The notes below the pieces were generated by a model. The model had not been told where the DNA came from and did not search any database. It worked only from the letters and a program-made list of their open reading frames with translations. Below are positions 26,890 to 41,589 of a stretch of DNA of 64,000 nucleotides, one piece after another; positions within the stretch are counted from its first letter, which is position 1, and each line of letters begins with the position of its first letter. Source of the DNA: a virus (lineage: Duplodnaviria; Caudoviricetes); the IMG/VR virus record IMGVR_UViG_3300047539_000043, positions 6,301-70,300 of that record; one strand, 5' to 3'. Position numbers and translations under genes: made by a program.

Positions 26890-27130
26890 GTCGCACCTTG
26901 TAGAGCGGACATTTCAGCGCTTGCCCAATCTGGTTGCGGACCTTGAAATCCAGGGCCAAGATATGTCCGGAGTAACGACCGGACTTCGGATCGTAGGTGT
27001 TGTAGCGGATCGGTCCCACCAGAGCATTGCAGATTGTCTGTCGCTGGACTGCCGTCAGATCCTCGGGTGTACAGCCCGCTACCGTAAAGGCACAGAAAAT
27101 AATACAAAACGTAATTGATTTATACCGCAT
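26879..27130 (-). CDS. o-spanin-like lipoprotein (Rz1-like)
   Basis: Lipobox FTVAGC; follows the Rz-like gene and endolysin. Confidence 0.7.
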   Translation of the reverse strand: MRYKSITFCIIFCAFTVAGCTPEDLTAVQRQTICNALVGPIRYNTYDPKSGRYSGHILALDFKVRNQIGQALKCPLYKVRHGR

Positions 27131-27144
27131 ATCCGACACCTTTA

Positions 27145-27465
27145 TCAATTATCTTTTGTATCCCACGGGTCAACCGCCTTACGGGCCTTCTTTGTCTTGG
27201 TGTGCGTGACGGCCTTGTCCACCACCGCATTGATGTGCCGGGTAGCAACGATGTTTTTCGCGTCACAGCGATGTGATTCGTCGGCAATGCCAACGCCATA
27301 GGCCACCAGGACCAGGGCGACAGCGGCCGCGGCCCAGAGCGCGTAGGACTTGTACAGAGGGCTGAAATAGGCGAAGATGAGGCATAGGATGATGATCGCC
27401 ACACCAGCGCCCCAGTGAAAAATTAGCGACCACGCGCCCGCAGAAAGCTCTTGAATTAGGTACAT
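27145..27465 (-). CDS. i-spanin-like membrane protein (Rz-like)
   Basis: TM segments then a charged periplasmic tail ending DPWDTKDN; directly after the endolysin. Confidence 0.7.
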   Translation of the reverse strand: MYLIQELSAGAWSLIFHWGAGVAIIILCLIFAYFSPLYKSYALWAAAAVALVLVAYGVGIADESHRCDAKNIVATRHINAVVDKAVTHTKTKKARKAVDPWDTKDN

Positions 27466-27951
27466 CTAATCATCCCTCAAACACAGCTTCATCTCCGCGT
27501 GTCGTCGTCTTGTAAGGCCCGCAAGTGTTTTTCCAGCAGCGTGGTTAAACTGGAGCATAGCTCGGCATCCCGCTCGGATGTTACCTGCGTTGATATAACG
27601 CGCAACTGAGCTATGGCAGAGCGCACGCTGGCCGACGTTATACTCGAAAGAGACAAGAGCAGCTTCCCTATTTGGCGGCAACGGAACCTTTATGCATTTG
27701 TGGACCATTTTGTCGTACTTGTCAAGGTCCTCCCCCAGTGCACTAAGGCATGCGTCCTTGGTGAACACCATAGTCATGGGGGGCTCGGGGCTGTCCGCAG
27801 ACGTACGTCCATAACACCAGGTCGTCGGGCGTCCGGTGCCTATGGTGTCCACATACGGCCGTGCCGCAAACCCCTCGTACCCAGCAACGAAGACCGCGGC
27901 GATGGCTATCCAGGCGGCGGCGGTACCGCCTCTCGCCGGCATCGTTGCCAT
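27466..27951 (-). CDS. endolysin, GH24 phage lysozyme with SAR-like N-terminus
   Basis: Ala/Gly-rich weak TM AAAWIAIAAVFVAG, then YEG...PYVD...TWCYGRT; AALVSFEYNVG; GLTRRRHAE..LC. Confidence 0.92.
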   Translation of the reverse strand: MATMPARGGTAAAWIAIAAVFVAGYEGFAARPYVDTIGTGRPTTWCYGRTSADSPEPPMTMVFTKDACLSALGEDLDKYDKMVHKCIKVPLPPNREAALVSFEYNVGQRALCHSSVARYINAGNIRAGCRAMLQFNHAAGKTLAGLTRRRHAEMKLCLRDD

Positions 27952-28299
27952 TTAAATTAAAGGTAGCCCGGGCTGGTTCGTCAGCCGGGCAAAGAGGATG
28001 GCGAGGCTGAACCCCACGCAGACGCAAGCGAAGGGAACCGGATGCAACCAGGTTTGAAAAGCAGGAAGACTGACCCATAGGCCGCCTATGATCGCCCACA
28101 GCACGGACAGCTGAACGCTCCACATGTGGTGCGCCAACCGCCAGTCAGGCGCGGCTATCTTATCGAGGACGTCGGCGACCTTGTCGGCCTTCGTCTCAGA
28201 CTTTTGCGGGTCCTGTGGCACCAGTAACTCCTGCTGGCCCGGTCGGTCCCGGGGGCTCCGCGGCAATGCCTTTTTCGAAGACTTTCCGGAGCTCGGCAA
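27952..28299 (-). CDS. putative holin
   Basis: WRLAHHMWSVQL followed by two TM segments and ARL..QPGL; directly upstream of the endolysin. Confidence 0.65.
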   Translation of the reverse strand: MPSSGKSSKKALPRSPRDRPGQQELLVPQDPQKSETKADKVADVLDKIAAPDWRLAHHMWSVQLSVLWAIIGGLWVSLPAFQTWLHPVPFACVCVGFSLAILFARLTNQPGLPLI

Positions 28300-28381
28300 C
28301 GAGACGGGCCCACTCGGACTCGAGGGTGGAAATTACAGACATAGGGAACTCCTTTTGATGCGCTAGGATGACCTATGGACG

Positions 28382-28392
28382 TTAATCTACCG

Positions 28393-28396
<4 letters not shown>
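28382..28396. promoter_or_regulatory. CtrA-type box (perfect)
   Basis: TTAA-tctaccg-TTAA (TTAA-N7-TTAAC on minus), upstream of the lysis cassette. Confidence 0.7.
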
Positions 28397-33507
<5,111 letters not shown>

Positions 33508-33516
33508 GCTAAGATC

Positions 33517-34179
33517 CTACCAAATGCCCAGCCCATTGCAGCTGATATTGCCCCGTGTAAACGGTGCAGCGCACGCGACCCAATTTGAGGATACACTAAA
33601 TGAAGGATCGTAAGTAACCGCTGCCGTTGACGAAACAATATCATAAGATAGGAATAAGTAGGCCGCGTTGCCGCTCGTATTTGCCGCCATGCCTACATTA
33701 TTGAAGTTTGCACTTTCCGTATAAACGGGTTCGGCGCTTTGACCACAAGACGCAATGGCAAAAACTATCTCGCTAGCTTGTGAGAGTGTTCCAGTTGTAA
33801 CGCTGGGCAAAAAAGAAATGCCAGAAGTTGGATTGGTGCCTCCCGCACCAGTCGAATCGAATGGTGTAGTTGTCGCAATGCCGGACACCTGAGCCATGAC
33901 AGCCGCCATAGCGCGGCCGCCCGAAGGGGAAATTGTAACCGTAGCCCCAGAAGCAACAGCTTGTGCATTCGCACAATACCACAATGACCCATAACGACTG
34001 TTGGCGGCCAGTCCTAAAGCCGCGGTGTATGTATTGGTGCCATCCGAAATACTTGTAGGCGTCTGGATATAAAAGCTAACTCCTATTACAACAAGATTGC
34101 CGGAAACGATCGCGGCAGATGTAGTAAGCGAGCCACTCAAAATCGAGGTGCCAACTAAAGTCGGGGTACCAATGGCCAT
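33517..34179 (-). CDS. Ser/Thr/Ala-rich beta-strand virion protein (fibre-associated, putative)
   Basis: 220 aa, lower GC, between two fibre genes. Confidence 0.7.
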   Translation of the reverse strand: MAIGTPTLVGTSILSGSLTTSAAIVSGNLVVIGVSFYIQTPTSISDGTNTYTAALGLAANSRYGSLWYCANAQAVASGATVTISPSGGRAMAAVMAQVSGIATTTPFDSTGAGGTNPTSGISFLPSVTTGTLSQASEIVFAIASCGQSAEPVYTESANFNNVGMAANTSGNAAYLFLSYDIVSSTAAVTYDPSFSVSSNWVACAAPFTRGNISCNGLGIW

Positions 34180-34180
34180 T

Positions 34181-35470
34181 TTAGGTCCCCGTCCGTGAGA
34201 GCTCCAACGAGATCCCTAGCTGCATAACACCAGTAGGTCCAGCAGCACCGGATGGGCCCCGAACATTAAAGCAAAAGACGTTCCCAGCAGTCACACCGAC
34301 ATTCCAGCCGGTTAGGGTTGTATCTGAATAAACCACACCGTTACTAACTGTAGGTAAATCGGTACCGGTTATGCTGTCCCCAACCGCCGGATGAGTAGGG
34401 GGACTAAACACGCTTTCTAGACAAGACCAGATATCCACGGAGAACCCGCCGGTCGGGCTGGCAAACATTCGCACGCGCTCTATGGTGGCATTAAACGGGC
34501 AGTCAACAAATCCGTACGTACCCCCAGAAATCACCGAGCCGCCGCCGTTGATAACAAATTGCACGGCTGCAGTCATTCCGGCGCTATTAGGAGAACCCGT
34601 ATAGCCTGTAGGTCCTACTGCTCCAGTAGAGCCAGCACCAGCTGTGCCAGTGTATCCTGTAGGTCCCGTGACTGTGCTAGCTGCACCAGCAGAGCCCGCA
34701 CTGCCAGTAGGTCCAGTCGCGCCTACGCCTCCAGCGCCGCCAGCTATTCCTGTTGGTCCGGTCGCGCCCGCGCCGCCAGCTATTCCTGTTGGTCCCGTAA
34801 CTGTGCTAGCCGCACCCGCGGTGCCGGAAGGACCTGGGGCGCCTGTGGCGCCGACAGAGCCTGCAACACCTGTAGGACCTGTAACTGTACTCGCTGCACC
34901 GACGGCACCCGTGCTACCGGTAGGTCCCGTCAACCCCTGTGATCCGGTGTAGCCTGTCGGCCCCGTAACCGTGCTGGCCGGCCCTTGCAGACCGGTGTAG
35001 CCGGTGTAGCCAGTAGGTCCGCTAGGACCCCCGCTACCAGTAGGGCCGCCCGCGGGACCCGTAGATCCCGACGTACCCGCTACGCCAGGGGCGCCCGTAG
35101 GACCAACAATAGACAACAAGTTGGTTGCGATGATACCCGGCACCTGCACGAGCCCGCCGTTCGCCACCATGATCACCTGGATATGGTCGAACCGGCTCTG
35201 TCCGATCGATGTATTGGCATTGGCAATGACGTTGAACTGGGTGCCGAGAGTGCCGCCACTCAGAAAGAAATAGACGTGTCGCTCGTCCGGATCATACGTG
35301 ACATTAGTAACGGTCGCATTGCCGGCATCAACAACAAACGAAACAGAAGATAACACCTCGCCCTTGCGCAGCCACCCCCTATAGTCAATAGAGTACTGCA
35401 AGGAACTCGAGACTTCCTGTACGATGGAGCCTATGATCCCTGGTTGCTGGCCGGCGAAGAATTCTTGCAT
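34181..35470 (-). CDS. second collagen-like fibre with the same N-terminal adaptor domain
   Basis: [16 protein letters not shown]...[19 protein letters not shown] shared with the 1704-aa fibre; GPT repeats; globular C-domain. Confidence 0.85.
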   Translation of the reverse strand: MQEFFAGQQPGIIGSIVQEVSSSLQYSIDYRGWLRKGEVLSSVSFVVDAGNATVTNVTYDPDERHVYFFLSGGTLGTQFNVIANANTSIGQSRFDHIQVIMVANGGLVQVPGIIATNLLSIVGPTGAPGVAGTSGSTGPAGGPTGSGGPSGPTGYTGYTGLQGPASTVTGPTGYTGSQGLTGPTGSTGAVGAASTVTGPTGVAGSVGATGAPGPSGTAGAASTVTGPTGIAGGAGATGPTGIAGGAGGVGATGPTGSAGSAGAASTVTGPTGYTGTAGAGSTGAVGPTGYTGSPNSAGMTAAVQFVINGGGSVISGGTYGFVDCPFNATIERVRMFASPTGGFSVDIWSCLESVFSPPTHPAVGDSITGTDLPTVSNGVVYSDTTLTGWNVGVTAGNVFCFNVRGPSGAAGPTGVMQLGISLELSRTGT

Positions 35471-35471
35471 G

Positions 35472-36266
35472 TTAGTGTCCTATCGCATGCCAATACATGA
35501 CATTGCCGCCGGACGCCGTGCATAAGAAGGTCACGCCTGTAGTGGAGATACTGTTGATCTGGGTGGTCGACGCATTGCCAGACATCTGACAAAACGCCGC
35601 ATCACAGGCATTCGGGAACGCTACAGGAAACACCACTACGAACGTTCCAGTGTTGGCCGATGGAGTGATCCCCCATTGCATAAATAGGCCTGTAGGTCCA
35701 TGCGGACCCGTTATGTCGATGTACCCGGTTACGCCTTGAGCACCCGTCCCGCTAAGATTGCCTGCGCCCGCCGCCGTACCGGTTGCCCCTGTTGGTCCAG
35801 TCAATGTTCCAGTTGCGCCAGTCGCCCCGGTTGGTCCCGTACCAATCGGACCAGACGGCCCTGTTGGTCCGGCCGCCCCAGTATTTGATGCAGTACCGGC
35901 AGGTCCTGTGTAACCAGTAGAACCGGAGTAACCCGTTGGTCCCGTAACAGTACTGGCGGCACCTGCAGGGCCCGCGGTACCTGTTGGTCCTGTGAACGCA
36001 CCGGCACCCTGCAGACCAGTAGGGCCTGTCACCGTGTTGCCGGGAGGGCCAATAGAGCCTAAAGGACCCGTAAGGCCCCGGGGGCCCGTAACACCTGTGG
36101 GACCTATAGGGCCAGTTCCTAAAGGGCCTGTTGCTCCAGTAGGACCAGTCAACGATCCAGTAGCGCCTGTTGGGCCTGTTCCAGGGCCCTGGGGACCCGT
36201 AGGACCGAGCCCCCCAACCACGACGGGGAACGCTGCTACCTGTGCTGGGCTGTTGTTGATGATCAT
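35472..36266 (-). CDS. short collagen-like fibre with C-terminal gp53-like domain
   Basis: GPT repeats then GYI...GLFMQWG...[11 protein letters not shown]. Confidence 0.85.
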   Translation of the reverse strand: MIINNSPAQVAAFPVVVGGLGPTGPQGPGTGPTGATGSLTGPTGATGPLGTGPIGPTGVTGPRGLTGPLGSIGPPGNTVTGPTGLQGAGAFTGPTGTAGPAGAASTVTGPTGYSGSTGYTGPAGTASNTGAAGPTGPSGPIGTGPTGATGATGTLTGPTGATGTAAGAGNLSGTGAQGVTGYIDITGPHGPTGLFMQWGITPSANTGTFVVVFPVAFPNACDAAFCQMSGNASTTQINSISTTGVTFLCTASGGNVMYWHAIGH

Positions 36267-36267
36267 A

Positions 36268-36705
36268 TTAGACCCCGTGTCTCAATCGGAACCGGCCGTG
36301 CATGAGCTCGATCGTATTCGGCGACTGCACCATCCTGGTTGCGTAGACGTAATTCCCCGGCACAAGCCCCGGGCCTGTCGCTCCTGTCGCGCTCGCGCCA
36401 AGCAACACCGCCGGTTGCACGTTGAAGTGCATGATGAGATTGACGGGGTCGTCGACTACCATCAGCGATCCGGTCCCCCCGGTTGACGCCAACGAAATAG
36501 ATGGGCCCGTCGGCCCCCAATTCCTGTCGCCGCGAATGTCGGTCTGGAACGTCCCAGTCAGCATCCAATTAGGCCCAGTCGGACCCGTGCATCCGCAAGG
36601 GCCAGTCAGGCCGCGGAACATTACAGCATCGAGCCACGTAACCGAATCTGACGTTTCAAAGTCGATGTGGGCGCTGCTGCTAGGTCCATACGGTTCGTAC
36701 ATCAA
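36268..36705 (-). CDS. fibre-attachment-like protein carrying short GPTG islands
   Basis: HIDF..SD...W, globular beta-type sequence, GNYVY...[13 protein letters not shown]. Confidence 0.65.
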   Translation of the reverse strand: MMYEPYGPSSSAHIDFETSDSVTWLDAVMFRGLTGPCGCTGPTGPNWMLTGTFQTDIRGDRNWGPTGPSISLASTGGTGSLMVVDDPVNLIMHFNVQPAVLLGASATGATGPGLVPGNYVYATRMVQSPNTIELMHGRFRLRHGV

Positions 36706-37349
36706 AATCCTCTATCGGTCGGGAACGGTGTGCTCACGCCGCCTCGTTGTGAATTAGACCGGAACGAATTCGGGTATCGCCAGGCCTGCCCGCCGTAAAC
36801 ATTTGCCCGCTCCGTAGCTACGCGCGCCTGCATGATCCCGTCCCGGAACCTACGCAGATGATACGTCGACAACGTTTCGTTTGAGTAACTTTTCGTCGAC
36901 TGTCCCATCATCTTGCCAAGGAGCCCATCCAGTATGACGCGCTCGTACATCGGCAACAGCGACCTAGGCGCCACCGGGATATCGTGCTCTCTCTGATAGA
37001 CCTGTTTGATCACCACGACACGCGCAGTCTGGTTGACGTTCTGCGGATGCATCAGGTGCATAATGGCGTTAGGCGGCTCGATCTCAGCAATAAGAGCTGG
37101 CAGTACAATGAAGTTGGTGTCCCACACAGAGACGAGCCGCAGCACCATACCGCCGCGCTGCGGGATCAGCGTATAGTCCTGGACGTTCGCCAGGATCGGC
37201 ACTTGCAGGTGCTCAACCCACGCATTGCTGTCTGCGAAGAATTCATGGCAGACGTCGTACAGCTGGGCCTTCATGCCCCCATCCGACGCTCCGACCAACT
37301 CGGTACGGGCCAGGTTCAATAAATGATCTAGATCGCGTTCGTCAATCAT
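36702..37349 (-). CDS. tail tubular A / adaptor-like protein
   Basis: Position after head completion gene; EFF..SNAW, ILDG.LGKMM...KSYSN..L..YH.RRF..GI..AR. Confidence 0.65.
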   Translation of the reverse strand: MIDERDLDHLLNLARTELVGASDGGMKAQLYDVCHEFFADSNAWVEHLQVPILANVQDYTLIPQRGGMVLRLVSVWDTNFIVLPALIAEIEPPNAIMHLMHPQNVNQTARVVVIKQVYQREHDIPVAPRSLLPMYERVILDGLLGKMMGQSTKSYSNETLSTYHLRRFRDGIMQARVATERANVYGGQAWRYPNSFRSNSQRGGVSTPFPTDRGF

Positions 37350-37762
37350 GCTTGTGGGTTCCCCGGTCCCTTCGTACCGCCCTGCAGCGGTTGTGGCTTG
37401 ATACCGATCAGGATGTCATAGAACATCCCGGCGAATGCATTGGCGCGCATATCCTGGACGTCTTCATCGTCACGCATGAGGACATGTCCCGTGATACCGT
37501 AGACGAGGGCCAGCCGGAATTGGGGCTCGAGGGGGATGGTCTCGCCAGAAATGCTCGTGAAATAAGGGACCCGCCCATGATGGTGGTAGACAAACAGGTC
37601 CGCGCGGATCCGGCGGGCCTCCGCCAGGGACGTGTTGAGGGCCGTCAGGATCTCGGAGTCCGAGTAGCGATATGGTTTACGCCGATCCAATAACAACGTT
37701 CTTACTTCCCGCACGTAGCTTTCCACGCTGTCAAGTCTCTCGTCTTCCGGATTATAGGACAT
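37346..37762 (-). CDS. head-tail adaptor-like protein (DUF6682-like)
   Basis: VREVRTLLLD....RYSDSEIL..LN....E.RRIRADLF. Confidence 0.65.
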   Translation of the reverse strand: MSYNPEDERLDSVESYVREVRTLLLDRRKPYRYSDSEILTALNTSLAEARRIRADLFVYHHHGRVPYFTSISGETIPLEPQFRLALVYGITGHVLMRDDEDVQDMRANAFAGMFYDILIGIKPQPLQGGTKGPGNPQA

Positions 37763-37806
37763 TAGGCCAGGCCCTTTTGGTCAGGGTCTAGCCTAGGGTC
37801 TTGGCG

Positions 37807-37821
37807 TTAAGAATTTATTAG
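37807..37821. promoter_or_regulatory. CtrA-type box (1 mismatch)
   Basis: TTAA-gaattta-TTAG; on minus followed by N13-GCTAG; upstream of the adaptor/fibre operon. Confidence 0.55.
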
Positions 37822-38598
37822 GCCCGTTACACAGATAACGCCGCACTCAATGTCGGCTTCGTTTTCATAGCGCCCGGCAGTCGGCGGCAGTTCGTCAAGG
37901 AAAACCCGCTGGCGTTTGCCTTTGACGTATTTTTTATTGATGGCCGCGTTCAAATCACGCTCAACCTTTGCCATTTTATTGAACATTTCAGGGAAATCAC
38001 GCCTGATCTTATTCCAGTAGCCACTTTGGCCTTTCACGCATCCAATGCAGTTATTGTTTTTGTAGCCAAGTCGATACATGGCGGGCAGTTCGATACCCGC
38101 ATCGCGCATCCGTTGACGGCAGTCGGACTTGGCTATTTTGGCTTCAATCAAAGGAAATTCAGCGAACAGGTCAGGGCTGTTTTCGTGGAACCTTTCGGCG
38201 CGCTTTTTCTCGTCGGCAGTAAAGCCAAAAATATGAGTATCGTCAGGCCGCTGGTATGCGCGCCGGACATTCTTTTTCAGTTCCGTAGTGCATCGCGCGC
38301 CGCCGACACCGACAAGCCAACGGGTCTTTTCAAACACGTCATAAATATCTCGATAATCTTGCGAATGGAGGACTTTAATTGGAGTTCCAATCCATTTTTC
38401 AACATCATTAAAGAAGCGCCGATTATCGGGGTGTTCAAACGCGAAAGTGTCGCAATAGAGAACCTCACAGCGGGAGCCGTATTTTTCAACGGCCAGCTTG
38501 GCGGCAACAGCACTAGCGTCACCGCACGAAAACCATGCCAATACCCGACCCGACTCTGGCGCTTTCCCAAACAGCGGGCTGAAAGCGGGCATCGTCAT
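37807..38598 (-). CDS. PAPS-reductase-like (adenine nucleotide alpha hydrolase) protein
   Basis: WFSCGDASAVA, EHPDN.RF, CTTELKK, GFTADE..R..RF, FPLI, YRLGYKNNNCIGCVKG..GYW..IR.DFPE.F. Confidence 0.85.
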   Translation of the reverse strand: MTMPAFSPLFGKAPESGRVLAWFSCGDASAVAAKLAVEKYGSRCEVLYCDTFAFEHPDNRRFFNDVEKWIGTPIKVLHSQDYRDIYDVFEKTRWLVGVGGARCTTELKKNVRRAYQRPDDTHIFGFTADEKKRAERFHENSPDLFAEFPLIEAKIAKSDCRQRMRDAGIELPAMYRLGYKNNNCIGCVKGQSGYWNKIRRDFPEMFNKMAKVERDLNAAINKKYVKGKRQRVFLDELPPTAGRYENEADIECGVICVTGLINS

Positions 38599-38627
38599 TT
38601 CACTCCCCTAAGGTTGGATCATGAAAG

Positions 38628-38658
38628 ACTACATAACACCTTTACCTATGGATGTCAA
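38628..38658 (-). promoter_or_regulatory. putative sigma70 promoter of the PAPS-reductase-like gene
   Basis: TTGACA-N17-TATGTA with TGn extension, minus strand. Confidence 0.5.
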
Positions 38659-38667
38659 GTTGCCAGT

Positions 38668-38701
38668 ATAAAAAGATACCGGGGCCAATTGGCCCCGGTA
38701 T
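38668..38701 (-). terminator. rho-independent terminator after the major capsid gene
   Basis: Perfect palindrome ATACCGGGGCC-AATT-GGCCCCGGTAT followed by CTTTTTAT on minus. Confidence 0.85.
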
Positions 38702-38728
38702 ACCGTTCTACCAAGTTATTGAAATCAC

Positions 38729-39739
38729 TTACGAAGCGGGCGTGACCTGAGCTTGGCAAAGCGCGCGACCGTCGATCACGGAATATCCGTAAACCTGCAA
38801 ACCGCGTAAAATTTGGCCAAACGTCAGCTCGGAACGCAACGTCTCGACCTTACTAATTTGCGAGGCAAACGTAAGTGAATGCGCATGGCCCGCAAATAGT
38901 GGGTACTCTCCTGCATTAAACTGCGCGCTGTCCGAACTGTTGTTCGGCAGCAAGTTGCTGATGTAGATAGTGAAACGGTCGATCATTCCGAGGCGGCCGT
39001 TCCGGAGCATCGACACGCTGTCGCCGCTCAGGTATGCCTGACGGAGTTCCGACTGCTTGATCTGACGGCCAGCCCACGCCGGCATGACGACCCATCGGCC
39101 GACTTCCGGGATGTTCTGCTCGTCAAGGACCTGGCCCATACGCATGAGCACGTCCAGGAGTTCCACCTGACCCGAACCCGCGTTACGGCCCACAACGGCC
39201 AGGGCAGAACCCTGGACGCCAAGGTTAAGCGAGCCAGTGATCACGCCAGCGGCGGTCCCCTGGTTCGCAGCAGCCATCTGGCCAACGATGCCGGACAGTA
39301 CATCCGTGTCCACGGCAATCTTCAGCTGTTGGGCCGCATCGTCCGACCACATGCTCAGGATGTTCAGATCGCTCTGGACTTCCATGACGTCATCGAGGAT
39401 CACGGAGAAGTACTTGCCGTTCCCGATGTAGAGCTCCACGGTGCCGCCTGTCGGGCGATCGAGCCCAAGCAAGCCGTCGGCATCGTAGTTGTGGATGGTG
39501 ATCGTCGGCTTCGTGCGGATCTTCACACGATCGCCTTTATTCTTGATCTCGCCTTCGTAGTCGGTGTTGCTAATGGCAGCGAGCACCGTTGAGGCGTAGA
39601 ACTTCTCTACCAGCTTGCCCGACCAGATCTCGGGAATGAACCCTGTGGCCTGCAACTGGTTGCCCGAAGAACCCGTCGGGTAAATCGCGGGAGTGGTGGC
39701 GGAAGTTGCGCCAGGAAATGCACCGGTAGGAATGCCCAT
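38729..39739 (-). CDS. major capsid protein
   Basis: FIPEIWSGKLVEKFY..TVL..ISNTDYEGEIKN.GDRVKIRT.P, LRNGRLGMIDRFTIY.SNLL, RGLQVYG..V; follows the scaffold and precedes a terminator. Confidence 0.93.
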   Translation of the reverse strand: MGIPTGAFPGATSATTPAIYPTGSSGNQLQATGFIPEIWSGKLVEKFYASTVLAAISNTDYEGEIKNKGDRVKIRTKPTITIHNYDADGLLGLDRPTGGTVELYIGNGKYFSVILDDVMEVQSDLNILSMWSDDAAQQLKIAVDTDVLSGIVGQMAAANQGTAAGVITGSLNLGVQGSALAVVGRNAGSGQVELLDVLMRMGQVLDEQNIPEVGRWVVMPAWAGRQIKQSELRQAYLSGDSVSMLRNGRLGMIDRFTIYISNLLPNNSSDSAQFNAGEYPLFAGHAHSLTFASQISKVETLRSELTFGQILRGLQVYGYSVIDGRALCQAQVTPAS

Positions 39740-39779
39740 TTGAGCCCCCATTTGCGGGGGCTATGGTTAAACCCCCTGG

Positions 39780-40874
39780 TTAACGAACTCGCCCTTCTCT
39801 CTGGGCGGCGAAGATATCTGCCTCGATACGTGCCTTGTCTGCATCGCGCCCGGCGAAATAGTTCGTCCGAACAGCGTTGTAGAAGTTTTTGATCTCGGCG
39901 TGGGACCAGATTGGCTTTGCGTCGGGCGCCTGCGTGTTACCGGGTGCCGGATTTAGCCTGCCAGGGGATGCCAATGATGCCAGTGGGATCGCCGCGACCC
40001 GAGGCTCTGATTGAGGCTGCGGAGGCTGCGAGACTGACGTTTGGCCCGTGGCCGCTTCCTCGTCTTGGAAGCGCTTGAAGAACGCTAGGACACGAGGGGC
40101 ATCGGCCGCTCGCATCGCCATGTTCAACTGTTCCTGTCTTACAGGACTAGAGTTAAAATCTCGTAAACGCAGCCACTGGCGCCAGCGCGGGTCCTCGTTA
40201 ACCTGCCGCCAGTCTGGCATGCTCTCGTCGAGCCGCTCATAGATGCCCTGCGTTCGTTGCTGGCTAACCTGTTGATTAAGCCGCTGATTTTCCTGCTGCA
40301 GGGCAGTCAACGTTGGCGCGACGGCCTCTAGTGCGGCCCGCTTGGTGACATCGATCAGGTCGGCACCGTAGTTCTTGACATCCTCGTCCGTGATGTACGC
40401 CGGCTTGATATCTGGCGACAAACTTGGATTACGGTTAATATTCGGGTTCGTGAGCACCTGCTGCACCCGCATGAGCTCGTCGCCCATCTGCGACATCTGC
40501 TCCTGCAGCGAACCGATCGTCCGCTGGGAGGCGTCGTACCGCCCCTTCATGGAGTTGTACTGGTGCTCGAAATTGGGCGGCTCCTGGGGTGCCGGCGCCT
40601 GGGTAGGCGGCGGGGGCGGGGCTTGAGTAGGCGGCGGGGGCGGGGCTTGAGTAGGCGGCGGGGGCGGGGCCTGCGTCTGTACCTGAACGGGTACCTGAGC
40701 GGGATTAATTGCCGGTTCCGGTGCCGGTTGTTCCCGAGCGGGAACAACAGGTTGCGCAGGATCTGCCGGCGGATTTGCCGCATAGAAGCTCTCGGCCTTC
40801 GCGGCGGCGCGGCGGACTGCTTCGGGGACTTTGATGTCAGGATCAACGGGGAGGGATAATTGGGAGGTAGCCAT
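39780..40874 (-). CDS. capsid scaffolding protein
   Basis: Pro-rich N-terminus, FEHQYNSMKGRY, coiled coil, W..VNEDP.W.QWL, C-terminal IFAAQREGRVR; directly upstream of the MCP. Confidence 0.8.
   Translation of the reverse strand: MATSQLSLPVDPDIKVPEAVRRAAAKAESFYAANPPADPAQPVVPAREQPAPEPAINPAQVPVQVQTQAPPPPPTQAPPPPPTQAPPPPPTQAPAPQEPPNFEHQYNSMKGRYDASQRTIGSLQEQMSQMGDELMRVQQVLTNPNINRNPSLSPDIKPAYITDEDVKNYGADLIDVTKRAALEAVAPTLTALQQENQRLNQQVSQQRTQGIYERLDESMPDWRQVNEDPRWRQWLRLRDFNSSPVRQEQLNMAMRAADAPRVLAFFKRFQDEEAATGQTSVSQPPQPQSEPRVAAIPLASLASPGRLNPAPGNTQAPDAKPIWSHAEIKNFYNAVRTNYFAGRDADKARIEADIFAAQREGRVR
40604..40675. repeat. 24-bp tandem repeat x3 (TQAPPPPP)
   Basis: gtaggcggcgggggcgggg(c) unit repeated three times. 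Confidence 0.85.
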
Positions 40875-40892
40875 GTTGCACTCCTAGAGCGC

Positions 40893-41138
40893 TTACGGGT
40901 TCCTCACCGGTAAGGGCTCATTCTTTTTGGCAGTGCATTCTTTAAAGATTCTTAATAGGGCGAACGCGGCTTGTGCGCGCCCCTGCGCGACCATGACTTC
41001 TTCAGGGGGCGCCTGCACCACTTTAAAGGTTAATTCCTCGTAATATTCGGCTAGTCGCACAAGAAATGTGTCAAAAGCTTCCGGATTACCGTTCCGAAGC
41101 AAGAGCGCGCATTGAGGCAAAGTTGGATCTGCAGCCAT
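40893..41138 (-). CDS. conserved small head-module protein
   Basis: FL.RL..YYEE...KVVQA....VMVAQGRAQA pattern, upstream of the scaffold. Confidence 0.7.
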   Translation of the reverse strand: MAADPTLPQCALLLRNGNPEAFDTFLVRLAEYYEELTFKVVQAPPEEVMVAQGRAQAAFALLRIFKECTAKKNEPLPVRNP

Positions 41139-41356
41139 TACTGCCCGATCCCAGGCCAGTTTCCGGACCCGAGACCGTCAGTGCCGCCACCAGTAGAAGT
41201 GGCATCGGGCGTGGGGTTCGCCATCGGAGTAGCCTTGCTGTAGTCATTGATTGATTGGCCGCTAGGCATCTGTCCTACCTGCGAGCCCTTGCCCGCATGC
41301 TTGGTGATCGTGCCGCCTTTAGTCAGAGGTGTTAGATGCTTTTTGAAGACCGCCAT
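41138..41356 (-). CDS. small Gly/Lys-rich protein
   Basis: MAVFKKHLTPLTKGGTITKHAGKGSQ...; TAATG overlaps. Confidence 0.7.
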   Translation of the reverse strand: MAVFKKHLTPLTKGGTITKHAGKGSQVGQMPSGQSINDYSKATPMANPTPDATSTGGGTDGLGSGNWPGIGQ

Positions 41357-41580
41357 TAACCACCTATCGGGTTCATTCCGTACGTCGAAGTGTTGCCGGG
41401 CCCGGCGCCGGCCGGGTTTGGCGTTATTGGCTTGCCGTAGTCAGTCGTGCTCGCCGCAGCAGGCTTAATGCGCGGAACGGGCGCGGCCCGCAGAGTTCCC
41501 GGCCGCGAGCCGAGGACCCACGAAGGAGCCTTAGCGCCCGCAGGAACCGATTTGGATCCTTTGATGGAGACTCCCGGCAT
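41356..41580 (-). CDS. small Pro/Gly/Lys-rich protein
   Basis: AGGAG SD; coupled to the next gene. Confidence 0.7.
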   Translation of the reverse strand: MPGVSIKGSKSVPAGAKAPSWVLGSRPGTLRAAPVPRIKPAAASTTDYGKPITPNPAGAGPGNTSTYGMNPIGG

Positions 41581-41589
41581 GGAAGCTCC

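Noticed and set aside
39766-39783. TTAA-N9-TTAA upstream of the capsid gene as a CtrA box
   Set aside because: Spacing is 9, not 7; not counted.
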